This document shows positions 1-13,157 of a DNA stretch of 64,000 nucleotides, piece by piece (position 1 is the first letter of the stretch; each line of letters starts with the position of its first letter). The DNA comes from Klebsormidium nitens. Its lineage: Eukaryota > Plantae > Klebsormidiophyceae. The notes beneath the pieces are model-generated. The model saw nothing but the letters and a program-made list of their open reading frames with translations. It was not told the origin of the DNA and did no database searches. The stretch lies in contig DF237023.1 of NCBI GenBank assembly GCA_000708835.1, positions 173,654 through 237,653 of the forward strand, read 5' to 3'. Made by a program: the position numbers and the translations under genes.

Positions 1-695
1 AGTGAAAAGGCACTATTCTGCAACTTATATGTGATCAATTTCGATATGATGCCCTTGCTGGCGTAAATCGCCCCACCAGTGTGGCGCCTCATGACACCTT
101 TGAGGCAAAAAGCTACCATACCAAATTAAGGTCGAATCGTCCATACGATGCAAGAATGATGCAACAGAAACTAGACACGACAACAATTTTTCAGCTCATG
201 AAAGGACTCCTTCGGAAACCTTGGCCTCCACCCAACTGCTTCACCCCAGAACACGTCACTACGTTGCTGAGATCCAAGCGCTGCGAACCAGCTTTTCAGA
301 TCTGAAAGGCAGCTTTGCTCTGAAAAACATGTTATGCCCTAACGGGGCAAGAGCAAATGATATGATGTCATTGTTCCGCACATCCTCCAAGATACTACCA
401 CCCTTGAATCCAGAGTTCCTTTATGCTTGGTCCCAAACTTGTCCAACAAGCAATTGACCCATCAAGAACCCAGGCGTTAGAGGGGACCCCTCAAGCAAGA
501 TGTTCAGGCTTGATGGATCCAATCAATTCTAGAATGAAGAAGGGGGTCCCTCCCCACGACGTTGATTCTGCAAAGAAAGAACCTTTTACAGTGGTGCGCT
601 TTCTGCCCTCTGTCAAGAAGGGAAGCTTAGAACATCAGAAATGGGGCAAGTTTCCTCAGAGTTGACAAGATGGTTGTACATCACTGATGACATAC

Positions 696-857
696 CTTGC
701 TGGCCCCCAAATTGTCAGCATTCTGAATGAGCTCCTTGAGGATCATGGTGCCCTCTGGGTAGTTCTGCAGCACCTCCATGATCCTCTGTGTCAGGTCCCC
801 TTTCTGGCCAAAATCCTCCCAGTCCTCCTGCAAACCCTGAACACCGTCACTTGCCAT
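696..857 (-). CDS. Sacsin-like protein, N-terminal exon only (start of the HSP90-like ATPase/SRR region); remainder not found in the window
   Basis: ATG at 857 gives MASDGVQGLQEDWEDFGQKGDLTQRIMEVLQNYPEGTMILKELIQNADNLGASK, matching the sacsin motif FGQxExLTxRIxxVLxxYPxGxxILKELIQNADDAGA. It ends at a donor AAG|GTATGT at 696/695. No convincing next exon was found in 1-690. Confidence 0.6.
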
Positions 858-3546
858 TGTTGACCATACAATTGTGCCACCCACCGCTTCTCAGCAAAGC
901 GTTATAGGAATCCTTGATGACAGCAAGGCGCCCAATCGTACATCACTTGGACGGCGCCGAAGAGTTTCTTTGATCTGGAAACTTCCTGATGCTCCCTGCT
1001 CCCCTCATCACTTGGCAGGAAACCCCGCCGCCATCAAGCAGCCAAAACTTGAAGTTGGCACGTACACTGTACAGTTCTAAATGGATTGTCACCCCTTCAA
1101 ACAGTTGAACTGCAGGCTGCAGCTAGTAGTAGCGTTGTGGCTCAGGCTGGTATGTTTGAAGGGTTTGCGCTGATCCATATGGTCTGCGGGACAAACGCAA
1201 CATGGACCATAATCCGTGTTCTAAACAATTTGAAACGGTGGCGCAGCTGCCTTTGTGTAGAACCAGCTCACAAACCCAGCCTCTGGAGTTGACCGAAGCC
1301 GTGCCAGGGTTATGGTTTTAGGGTTTTCTGGAGATGACCGCCTGAGTACTGAAAGTTACTGCTTGCAAGTTGCAACCCCAGCCAGGGGGCGCTCTGGGCG
1401 CACATTCAAAGTGTGGTGGCACCAAAAATTGCCACCTACCCGTCTTGACTTCTCCATTGCATTCTAGGAGCAGGCAGAAGTGGCTTCAATCAGCGGAATC
1501 TGAAGAAGGGCCCATAACATTTGCCCACCGGGCGCTTACGGGACAGCTGTTTCAAGAAGAGAGGACAGCGGACAGACAACAGCTATCATAGGTATTTTCA
1601 AAGAAGAAGCACGTTTGCTTGCTGTGTAACGAACAGATGGCCTCCCAAATGCTGCGCAGATTGACTGCTGGGCTGACAAGAGCTCTGCGGTGAGCGGAAA
1701 TGTTCAGACAGTGGCCACCATTTCTTTTGAGATGGTCAATTGTGCTTCCTATTGATTCACAAGTCAGGTCCTTCTGTGAGCTTTTCCCAACTCTTTGATG
1801 CGGAATGTCTTCATCTCTAATTCCTGTTGGCATACTGCTCCCCACATGTGATCAGAGCTCGCACTAAGACTTTGGCCCTCTCACTCTTATTGGAAAGAAG
1901 CATGCGTGTTTTGTTTGATTGTACAGGCAGGCAGAGGGTGAAGCCCAACTAGTGGTGGAAGTGCTCCAACCAGGGCCCTTTGGAATTGTGACCAACACAT
2001 TTTCAGCCGCTGAAAGAGCTCAGGCCAAAGCAACCATCAAGCGGGCACTTGCACAGTGGCAAGAAAGACATTGCAGACGCTAGGCGTGTCTGCATACCTG
2101 TAGCCCAAGGATTCTCAGGACTGCACCTGTTCTGAAAGAGCTTGGTGAGTTGGATGTTTCTGTGTGTCTGACCTTGTAGAAATTGATAGTGACTATCAAA
2201 GCGTGCTTTGAATTGATGGCCTTGTCTTTGAGGTCGATTGTTTGCATGAACAAGAACGAATAGCCAGGCTGGGGCCAGAATGAATCCATGTTCTCAGATG
2301 CATCTGCAATTTGCAACATGGAACAGCACAAGGTGCCTCTTGTCCATAGTGTTTATATTCCCGGCCCAATCTCAGGACTCGATTCACACATGTGAGATTC
2401 CATTGTCATAACTCGTGAGAATTTGACTTTGCTTTGCTCTTATCAAGATAGATAACTTTGGACCCTGATTGAAACAAGAGTTCTTATTCTTCGTCTCACC
2501 AAAAGTTCCTTGCTGCAGGACAACTCTTCTTATCTGACATCCATGAATTGCTACATCCGCTCTCTTCACTCAAGAGTGGGGCGTAAACCAGCTTCTAATC
2601 AAGGAGCTGTGGATCTTGCTCCTACTTTTAGCACGTCGGTTTTCTTGACGAACTCTTTCAGAGATAGATGCGCTCGGCGGGGGCCACTCGGCATCCAGCT
2701 TACATTCCCACTTTGTTGAAAACGGCTCGCGGCTGAGGTCCAAGAAATTGTGCAGCGGGATTGAAGTTTGGATTTGCCTCATAAGTGCGCATGTTGTATG
2801 TGACTTTTACCCGTTTAGCTTGTGCCCAGCTGACAGCTAGGCACCTTAGAATGATGCATATTATGGCTGCTCACATTAAGTTTGCGTCCTCGCCTTAGGC
2901 CGCGCGATGCCTAAGACTTTGATAATGATACAGGCATGATTCGAATCTGGCCTACTATAGGCGGGCCCGTCGACCTTTGTGATGATGCACGCGGTTTGCA
3001 TGGACTGCATGCCATGAAGCCGGTCACGGCTGCAGGCTCGAGCTTGAAAGCTTAACAAGATTCCTATATGGTATCTGCGCCGGCCGGACGGCCCGCGAAA
3101 TGCATAGGTACCAGCTAGCTGCCAGGCATGCATGTGGATCATGAATTGCATGACGAGCCTGCATGCTCCTAAAATTTGAGCGCGCTAGCTCTCTAGGTGC
3201 CGTTTGTGTAGCGCTGCGGGCCCTTTCAAGCTTGCGACTCGAGGTGGCAAACGTGTCGATTTTTACACCGTTGAAGCTCTACTATATGAGCCTGCGGCGG
3301 CCTTACCGGATTTGCGGCCCGTAACATCAAGATACAGTGTTGATGAATGTCGATATTAAAACGACGAACTTCTAGCCACCTTGAAAATAAAGTAGACTCC
3401 ATCGTCCATATGACCATCAACGATTAAGATCGAAAGAGGTAATAAGTCAAAGCATCGAACATAAGCGGCACACATGTGGTTTAGTACGCTATCAACGCAA
3501 CAGACATACAGCCTTTATTACAACGTTAGAAACTCGGCCCACAAAC

Positions 3547-6500
3547 TCACGTGGTCCTTCGAGACGCTGCTTCAACGCAACCTGTTCGTAGACTGGATAC
3601 AAGCTCGACATAACCTTTCTGGTCTGGGTGGATATACCTGCAAGAAGGGTCCAACGACTGAGCAATCACACCTCCTGCGTTCAGTGCTGATTTCACCGAG
3701 TATCTTGCTCTTTCAGGTAGAAGTCAAGACACCTTTCGGGCTGCATCATCCTATAGACACTCATACGCGAAAGGCGCCAACCCTCTTTAAAGAACAGCCA
3801 CCAGAAGCAGAATAGGAACCTCAAAACAAGGGAAGCTTCGGAAAAGGAAAAGAAGAAGGTCTGTCAAAACTAGGAAGGCGCGTAACATTTGCGTAAAGCC
3901 ACTAAGATACTGTACATGAAAGTTTCTCATTCCCCCTGGAAACGCTGCCAGACTTCGGAACCGTTTGATGGCGCGATCCGCACTGTATTTCTTTCCCCAG
4001 TCGCTGAAAAGGCGCTGTCCAACGTGGATTGCAAATCTTTTCAGCGCAGGCATGAAATACGTACCCGTGTCTAACGAGGAAGTCGATGATAACCAACGCG
4101 ACGTTCGGCTTGTACTCATTGGACTTCCGTATCGTCTCCGCAACACGGGCTAGCGGCCAAAGCTCGAAAGACTCCACCTCGCCATCTGCGATTGACATCG
4201 TGGGAGCGGATGAAGAGTCGAAGACCAAGGTCGAAAGCGGCGGCGGATTTGATAGAGCTACCGTAGTGCCTTGAATCAGCATGAATTCTTGATTCACTAT
4301 GCACTGGAACCAGCTGTGGTTTGGCCTTTGCTTTTTCCTACGATCGGAGCAATCTGGATTTCTCCCTCAGGTCTTGAGGAGATGAGAACAATGAAACAGG
4401 TCCTCTACGCGGGGCGGAGAGTGTAGGCAGCCTTTCCGCGCAAATACCTCTGCATCCTGAACACTCCTCTTGGTAAGCGACCGGAACTGGAGTGTCAAAA
4501 TTCAGCGCCACAGGCGGAAATACTGTTACGACTCTCTCTGTGACGACGCGGTTCGAACTCGTACCTTGATTTTTCGGTTGAAAGTCGCTGGGCAGTTTCA
4601 GGTCGTAGACAAAGAGAACATCTCGCTTCGCTCGATTCTCGTCGGTGACCATCTCGTATGATACCGTGCCCGCCGCCGTCGCTCTGCGAACCACTGAACA
4701 TGTTGAGTCCCTCAAAGACCGGTGTATTGAAAACGATGCTCAAGCGACAAGTTGAGTTAGCTAGAAGTTTAAGCCGGGTGCGGCTGCGGAGCGAGTATTC
4801 TAGCTTTGCATCCGTCTTTCCGCCACTGCTCTGAAGCTCGAGATGCGCTTCGAATCCCGACATGCGGTGTCTGCTTGGAGGAACGCGACTCGTCATTTTC
4901 TGTGCAGGTGTCACGAACGAGAAGCATGTTCAATGACGGCTGGATAAAACGAACGATCATGATTTTCCTTGCGGTTTGTGCAAAAGGAATCTGGCACCAA
5001 AAATATGAACTCCGTTCTTCTCATCATTTGCCAGCATCATTCTTCCGTCACTCTCTAGAGTGAGTTGAGCATCATAGAGACCGTTCGAGTATTTGCCTGG
5101 TTGGATAACAGCTGCAACAGGTTCACGCAAGGACTACTATCTGAAACGAGTGACGTGCCAGAAAGGAAGCGGGTTCATCACGCCTCACCTCCGCGCCAAG
5201 TCCGGCGGAATTCCGGCCTCTTCTTGACACTCCTTCACCAGATTGTCTGCGCAGCTAAGCCCGAGCGGTTGTCCTCCCGCCACCAGGTGATCCAACCGGA
5301 GCGGCCAAGTCTGCTTCGTGGCGCTGCGTCGGGCCACCCAAAGGTATTTGTTTCCGTCGGCGTCTTCAGTGTAGCCGTTCATATGAACGCCATACGCCTG
5401 AGCGAAGGAAACGGTTGGGAAGACAGCCAAGTGGCCGCCGAAGCATTTTCTATGGGCCGTGATTATTGGGTGGAAGGTGTGGGAACGCCTGCGAGAAGTA
5501 TATCAGGATCGGTCTGGAAGGACGATAGACCTTTGCGATCAGGCAACGGGGCAAATAAGACCCGGGTGGCAAAGTCTTAGTAGCAGTATCCCCCAAAATT
5601 CACACATTTAGTTGAATCTTCGTCGCCCTTCTTTACCGGACTCGAACAGCATTTGACGTCAATTCGAATCCTAGTCCCAGTGTCTGCTCGTTGGACCTTT
5701 CTGCTGACTCACACCTCACATCTTAAAGTATCCTTCGCGGGCTGACGTCAATAATCGGAACAACGCATGTGGTCCATGTTCCTAATTCATGAGAGTCGAC
5801 TCCCACCTCGACGTCAGCTACTATTCATTGCTCGTACTTGGGTGTGAACCGATACAAAGCCCGATGCCTCCGGTCTCAATCTAGACGCAACGGAGGACTT
5901 CGAAAGAACGACTCACGATGATGCCAAAGTGGGGTGCAGCCGCCCTCTCAAGCCCAAAGTACGGTTTATTGTGGAAGCCTGTGGAAACGGGGTACAGCTC
6001 GTCTCGCCAGCCTGTGATGACACCCTTTTCTCTTAGCTCTGAGCAGACAGCGGCCACTGCTTTCGTACGCGCCTTTGGGGTCTTCAGGCTCTGATCAAGC
6101 CCGATGTAATGTCCAAGCGGGGACCCGTCTTTGGACCGTACAAAGTATACCTTGAAAGTATCGTCGAGGAGGAGCAGGTGCTCTGCAAAGCTGCAACAAG
6201 ACGTACTGTTGTTGGGAGTCGGTAAGATTGTCCGCATGTTTGTGCAGGTTGTATGTCCACGATACTTTTGGAGTTGCGTCTGAGCTCGCCCTACGCTTGA
6301 GTCACGCCTTGATAAAAGCAAAGTGGTTTCTCGTTATCTGATACTTATGATGGGGTATGGGGGGTGCATGGAGTGAGAAGTCTTGTGTCGAATGACTGCT
6401 ACGAATCAGTGCACGCGCTAAGAAGGAAGACATACTGAAGATAGTTTTCTTGACCTCTTTTGCGGCTAGTTCTCAGCTCCTAAAGAGGAATTAGAGTAAC

Positions 6501-7757
6501 GCCTTGGGGGCCCTTCCTGTAGGGTGGACAATTCGCATTCGCCTTCTCAACCGGCAAAAGGACCACTGCAATGACTTCAACAGACGATGGACAAGAATCG
6601 CTCCTTCCCGGTTCTTCCCTCTCATCAGTCAAACATTCATATAAGTCCAGTCGGTCTTCTATACAAACCCCAGATCAGACATACAACAACAAGAGCACAC
6701 CAGGATAGGAATTGACGTTTACCTCGAGGCAATTCTCAGAAACTCAAAAAGATGGAAAGCCTTACCTTTCATGTACGTAGCCGAACAACAATCCATTCCC
6801 CCGCAGCTCCAGGAATTCTGGTCCTCTGATACTCTCCTACATTCAGAAAGGCGAATAGAGGTCCTCTCTCTGGCAACGTCGAACACTTTTGATCCTACGA
6901 ACGCCAATGTTTGAAGCAGGTAGAGTGAACAAGTAAGACATACATAACTTTCTGCGACCTGAATCTGAGCTTGTTTGAGACATCAAAAAAGTTTCATAAA
7001 GCTGATTCTAGTCCACTTATATCACCTGTGCAAGGCACCTCCTGCGATGGAAGCCAGCTTGGAAGAACCATCGAATCAAGCAGGGTTTGCCAGACCTTTT
7101 CTTTTGGAGGTACAGCCCGCTTACAATTCTCCTTATTTCAAATACCTTCCTTCTTTAGGTGGATCAGCTTAGTGGAGTTAAACACTTATAAAGCGGTGGC
7201 CAGTGCCCCTGCTGAAGGGGCTACTGCCGCAGCACATGCAAATCATCTACGAGATCTTACCCCCTTCTCTCGTTGCGCCAAGCAGATGCAACAACGCTGT
7301 TCTTCTACTGAAGACTTACCCGGCCCACGTTGCACTCTGCCACTCGCTGGAGATATCCCCTAAGATCATCGCTAATTGCTCGTTTCCGAGTGCCAGTGGA
7401 CGGCTTTGATGCTGCTGCTGCTGCTGCTGCTGCTATTATGCGACTACTTTTGTAACGTCGACTCTGATGTGGTTGGTGAATGGAGAAACTGCTTGACGCA
7501 CCTGTTTGTGTTGATCCAACAAGTCCAACAACATGATGCAAGAGGTGGTGTGCTCTCGGGTCCCCAAATTGCCCTTGATGACAGCTAGAAGGCTGGAGAT
7601 GGGGCGTTTGGCTGTGATTGCCAATAGAGTGCAAAGGAAACCGACTAACAGGCGCTAGTGATTGAACAGAGCAAGCTGCAGGACTGGGTAAAAGCACCTG
7701 TACAGCGGGATGCAAGGACGGAGGGATTGTCCTCATGGCCGTAATGCATTGCGCCAT
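3547..7757 (-). CDS. Nudix hydrolase, NUDX20/NUDX24-like (DUF4743 + Nudix), probable plastid transit peptide
   Basis: Seven exons, all phase-consistent with GT-AG introns: 7757-7320, 6836-6766, 6190-5917, 5397-5189, 4683-4565, 4185-4065, 3637-3547. Motifs: DDLRGYLQRVAECN, GWRDELYPV, LERAAAPHFGI, AYGVHMNGY, LDHLVAGG..KECQEEAGI (Nudix box), RDVLFVYDL, NQDGEVESF, LVIIDFLVRHG, GYVELVSSLR. Confidence 0.93.
7411..7434. repeat. (GCT)8 microsatellite encoding poly-Ala in the Nudix N-terminal extension
   Basis: gctgctgctgctgctgctgctgct; the minus strand reads IIAAAAAAAAS. Confidence 0.9.
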
Positions 7758-8060
7758 CGTTCAAAAATACCACCTGAATTCGTGGATCACTGAATGACTC
7801 AAGATCCTGGAATCTTCGGTTCTCCCTGAGGCTGCAGTATTATTAACCGCTCTGTTGTTGGATCCCAGTCAGAGCTTCAGAGCTCTTGAGATTAACCCCA
7901 ATCCTTAGGCTTAAGAATCTTGCTCGGCATTACGTATTTGCCCAGCCGCATTCGTTTGAGCTGGAGCCTGGTGGAGCCAGAGGAATGAAGCGCTTGATCG
8001 TCCCAAGCTGAGCCTGATGTGAGGCAGGATTGCAGATGACAGAGCTTTGCATGATCAATT

Positions 8061-11000
8061 ATGGGTGGAGCACGGATAAAGCAGCTGGGTCCTACAAACT
8101 CATTGGCGCCAATCGTGGAAGCGGCGGGCATCTGTTCTCAGGTCCCTTCAGCTCGCCTGCCTTCTCAATACGTTCCCCACTACCACCGCATGTCTCACAT
8201 TGCAACCTTCCACGAACTTCGCAGCATTGCGAAGTCCAATATCAATTCCTGCAACAGAAGTAGTAACCTGCACTCTAATGGCGTCGCACGACATTGGTTC
8301 AAACAACAGGCTTGGCGTGGCGCTCCTTCATTTACATGTCCAGATAGGGTACACCCGCCAAAACACGTCCACCGCTTAATGGCACGAGAAGCATATTCAG
8401 AGGGGAGGAAAGAGGAGCCAGGGCACCTGTTCTGCTTTGGCTTTGGTTACACCACCTTGGGCCTGGCAAACACACTCAAAAAGGAGGGCTGGTGAGCTCC
8501 CCTCCCAAATGGTACAAGGTGGGATAAGTGGTTGCTGATTGTGGTCAGCTGATGACTGCCCTGAGTTTGCCAAACATGTAGGAAGGCTGTGGCCAGTACG
8601 CTGGGGCTTTGGAATCAAAGAAAAGATGATTGCTCTCTTTGCTGCAACACTAATCGTCTGGCGGAGCCGCTTCGAGTATGGTATGATGTGCCATTAGTAA
8701 GGTGTTTTGGTTGTATTGACCTGACTTGATTCCTCTCTCCTACTTGCTCCAGGAATGTGACAGGGACCTGCAGATCAGAGGAGAAAAAGGAGGCGCTCAT
8801 TGCGAAAAGCCTCCCAGCAGTTATTTTTGACACTGATGGGGAGATCGGACTTGAGTAAGAACTGCCTCTAACCGAAAGGCCTCCTGGAAAGCGGGAAGCA
8901 TGTTGTAGCCTGGGGCCACCTGAGTAGAGATAGTCAGGGCGTCAGTCAACTCTGAACACAGCTAGGACATTGATCGAGCCTCGCCTGAGGGGAAGAGCTT
9001 TTACGGATTGTATATTCATGCCAGAACAATCGTCAGAAAAGAGTATCAATCAGTGGGAACTGAGGAGTGGCGTGAAATTGAGGGTTCCACTTTTCCCCCT
9101 GGTTGCCTCGTCAACCAGATCAATCAACTGTGGCAAAGTAAATGTCTGTGCTCAAGATGCGAAGGATTCCCTTTCAGCAGGCTCTATGATTACTGGTCTT
9201 AGAATCGACGTCGTGTTGCTGTGTCAGGTCCGATGGGCTGGCTGCTCTCCGAAGCGCCACACACCTGATTGCCAGCATCCCTCCTGTTGGTGACTTCGAC
9301 CAAGATCCGGTGAGTCGTCTCTTCCTTCTCCTTCTCGATCCTTGAATTAAGTATTGAGGCTCTGATCACAAAACTATCCCCCTTAATGAAAGAAGAATGA
9401 CGAGCGAACATGATGCCCGTGGATAAGCAGGTTGCTGTGTCAGCCCTGAAACGTTCTCTCTGTTATGCCCCTGCCTCATCGCTTCGTTTTAGAAGAGTTA
9501 GTAGGTTGTTCTCGAAGTGCAGTCCATCCTTCTGGTATCAGTGCATGTCAGTGCTTTGAATGAGTTGATAGCAATTCTGAAATACGACCTCTTTGAGTTG
9601 TTTGGCATCATACGGATGGTTCAAGTTACCATTATCCACAATGGATACGATGTATGTTGGACATGGAATCTTCCCGCTAAAAAACGGGAAGAAAATTGCA
9701 TAGTCGCCTCGAAGGGCAGCTGCTGCATTGAAAAACCCAAGTCCATTTCCTGAAAGCTTTTCTTTGTTGTTTCTGAAGGGCAGGCCCTAGCTTTGCATGC
9801 CCAACAGATCCACGAAGCAGCACGCAATGGGCTCAGCTGGATTGGTTACCTCAGCACGACAGGTGAGACGCAAACACCGCCACCCTCGTCATACCCGATT
9901 CTGGTTGCATGCCTTTCTGCTGCGGCCAGTGTAGTGATATCTTGCCCCTGAAGATAGATTATGATGCGAGATCATGTCTAAAAGCCGTCCTTCAATTGGG
10001 ATCAACGATCTGGTCATCCACAATCTCTCGACACTATGTCGAGGTCGACCTTCCGGCAGTTTGCGTTCAGTTCCCTCCTCGTCGCAAACGCTGCAGCAGA
10101 CCGCTATTCCAGCCCAGGCTTCATTCTGCGTTTCAGCAGACTCCAGTGTCAAAGTATCGAATTTCACAAAGACACACGGGCATTATTTTTGCACAGGTGT
10201 TTATGGGGACTGGGACGGCGCTTGGGTGGACGAGAGGTGAGCTAACTCGGCATATCATTGTAGCAACTCCCGGCCCCGTTCAAACCGCTAGGCACGACTC
10301 AAAGCATGCAGAGAAACGATTTCCTGCTGACATGAGGACCCCTCTAAAGCTCACACATACAAAACTTTCTGTCCCCCTTATTTCCAGCATTTTTCCGCAA
10401 CGAACTGTGGTTCCTCATGTCTCCCCGCAGGTTCTGCTTTTCTGCTCTCATCCCGCTCCTAGACCTCTGACCCTTGATTCCTGGGTTTCACCACTCCATG
10501 TCTGACACCTATCCTTCGAACCGTTTGAATCTTTCTGGTGCGCAACGACTTTTCAAAAGTCCGAAGGGTAAACCAATCATCAAACGGCTGGGTTTAGCGT
10601 CTGCCGAACCCTCGTGTCTTGGTTTGCAGCACCGAACCGCGACCCAGCAACGCCCGCGCCGCAGCGCGACTGCGCGCCGAGGAGGCTTGGCTGAGCATTG
10701 GCAGAGAAGCAAACGTTCCGGTGCACGTCTTCCGGCTGGGCGGAATCTACGGCCCTAGCAGGAGGTGAGCGGAAATGGAGCTCGCACCTTGGACGAATGA
10801 TCGAGCCTTCGAGCAATTTCATGACCACAGAAACAAGGCAGGTATCTGCAGAATTTTCAGACAGAACGATTAAAGGCAGCCACGCTGAAGGTGAACCCCA
10901 ACTGAACTCTCTGTGTTTTCAAGCGTCGAGTGCCCATTTGCCGGCCAAAGCTCTTAATCGAATTTTTCAGAAGTGCTTTGGAGAAGTTCGCAAAATTTGC

Positions 11001-13157
11001 ACAGATCCGATCGCACTTCCCCGTCTTGACGAGGAGATCCTTTCGATGCGCTGAGCAATAGACGCTTCCCATCGTTCCATCTGCAAATCGACAAGGCAAA
11101 AACTCTACTTCACCGTGTTGAAGGAAACAGAGCTTCTTCCAGGCACAAACCTTTAAAGCATTTGGCGTCGGCCCATCTGCGCATCTAGAGAAACTGCTCC
11201 CTTTTCTTCGGCGACTATTTTGTCACTACGTTCAAACGCGTCGCTCACTAAAGCCCCCTCCGATGTTTCGTACAGCGCCATAGACGTCGTCCGCTCCGGA
11301 CGGCCCGCCTCCCAGACGCAGCGCGTGCGGGAGTCGCGGCGCTTCACGTCGAGGTGCCACGTGGCGGACATCGTGCAGGTCGTGACGTCAGCCATGAAGC
11401 AGCCCGCCGCCGGAGGGTGAGGACTGTGACCTAGCTTCAAAGCACTTTCCGCTGGCATCCTCTCTGCATACTCGGAACATTTTGTCATTTTTGGTGTCTA
11501 CTTTCTATGCGATGAGGGTCTCGACCTGCGAACAAAAGCGGTTTCTCAACCCTGGTTCCGGATAAGGTTTGTTTCTGAGAAAGTTCGTTCTGAATCGCTG
11601 CTCGCCCAGTCCTTCTCCCGAATGGGGCAAAGCAGCTTGCGTTTCGAGCGTGCGGGATGCCACTGCGCTCACCTGCCCTTCTTCGGCAACATTCTGCCGG
11701 CACTTGTGAGCTCAAGCCCTACCAACCAGTTTTCTGAGAGTTGTCTCGATATCATGTTGACTAAGGGCCATGTTGACTAAGGAAAGGGCCCGGGGAACGG
11801 GTGGGGTTGGTTTGGGGGTTAGGTTGGGTACGGGTGCGGAGGCGTGTCATTTCTACGGTTTGGGTTTTTAGTTTTGTGTTTCCCCCGAGCACAGTCCTTA
11901 GTCAACATGCCCTTAGTCAACATCAAATCGAGAAGTATTTTTATGAGTACGTCCGATTGTGCACATTCGAGATGGCCGCTGTACACAACCGAGTCTTTCG
12001 GAATCTTCCCCCTAAAAGAGTTCCGGCGTGTGTTGCGTAGCCCAGTGTAATTGAGCAAGCAATGGGTGGCACTCTGAAACAAAAGCGTTCCGAGATATGC
12101 CTAGCTATCACACTCGATTACATGGCGGACCGCCCCCAAGGGGCGCCGGGGCTTGCCTCTTATTTGAGTTATAAGCGATATATTTCTTTTTTGTTTTCGG
12201 CGATCTGTTTCGAGAGTGAACCGTGCTGGTTCAAACACTGTATCTGGAGACATCAATAGTATCGTAGACTAAACTAGTGCCTATACGAGGTACGTTACCA
12301 GTGGGCAATCAATCAATCAAATTTGAGGTAACGTAGCCCTGCAAAAATGCGGGCCCTTTCGAGAAACATTAAATTTGCGTCGCTCTGCGGGGCAGTCCAA
12401 AAGCGGCGCTGTGGCTGGTGTGGCCTAATTTCCCAGAATCGCTGTACGTTTTATTGTCGAACACGGGGCAAATGCCGACAAAATCGTCAGACTGGCCACC
12501 CTAGCAGCTGATCGCCACGTCGTACAGCCCGGATTTTACAGTAAAACTACAACTTGCCGTTTTACTACGTAAGAGGCAAGCCAATATAGATTGTGGTAAA
12601 CATTAGCTCGTTCGAACCTGAGCCTACTAGAGTTGCGGATTCACTTCCTGCCTTCAAGGAATATGTCGAACTTTTACAGTCGAGTATACAACGTGGTGGA
12701 CGGCGACCCGGCGACGAGGCGAGAGGTCGTTACGTATGCCAGGGAGTTGCTTGAGAGGCGAGAAGCTGTCGAAAGGGTACCGGAGAATTCAACGAAGGCG
12801 GCGTGCGTGGAGTCTGATGTAACTGGTGAGGAAAGACCGTCTGGTTCAGGAGAGTTTGCTGAGGTCAGCAGGCAAGCAGGCACACCGCTTGTCCTTGAAA
12901 AAGGAAGCGGAGAGGCGAAAACCGAAGCTCTGGAGCATAGTCGACCTGCTGTGGATCGACAGCCGGAACGAGAAGAATCTTTGAGTCGCTTGGGTGCTGC
13001 GGAAGAGCGGAGAAAGGGCGTTGATGAGAAACGAGTGAAAAATGATCGGATAAAGCGGGAGTTGGTAGTGACGTTGCTGTTTCCTTCCTACAAAGAAGGA
13101 TTGGCAGCAATTGCTGACGGAGACCTCCAACCATTTGATGAACATGTCGGCCTCTGA
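8061..13157 (+). CDS. NAD(P)-dependent epimerase/dehydratase family, atypical SDR (YeeZ-like), with N-terminal targeting extension
   Basis: Eight phase-consistent exons: 8061-8491, 8753-8854, 9228-9309, 9784-9862, 10197-10236, 10630-10764, 11276-11416, 12680-13157. Motifs: HLFCFGFGY, VTGTCRS, THLIASIPP, WIGYLSTTGVYGDWDGAWVDE, RLRAEEAW, VFRLGGIYGPSRS, SRCHVADI, VYNVVDGDP, EKRVKNDRIK, LLFPSYKEGL. The start ATG choice is uncertain. Confidence 0.9.
11744..11933. mobile_element. MITE-like element (~190 bp) with ~40-bp imperfect terminal inverted repeats, in SDR intron 7
   Basis: Left arm 11744-11783 (tctcgatatcatgttgactaagggccatgttgactaagga) is the near reverse complement of right arm 11895-11933 (tccttagtcaacatgcccttagtcaacatcaaatcgaga). 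Each arm contains two copies of ATGTTGACTAAGG. No TSD identified. Confidence 0.75.

Noticed and set aside
2200-2290. Minus-strand FLFMQTIDLKD resembling the RT 'TIDLK' motif
   Set aside because: No flanking RT motifs are present in any frame, so this is likely chance.
2860-3200. GCATGC/CTAG palindrome-rich stretch with faint similarity to 13150-13400, 13790-13860 and 44420-44580
   Set aside because: Shared matches are only about 11 bp or less, too short to claim a repeat family.
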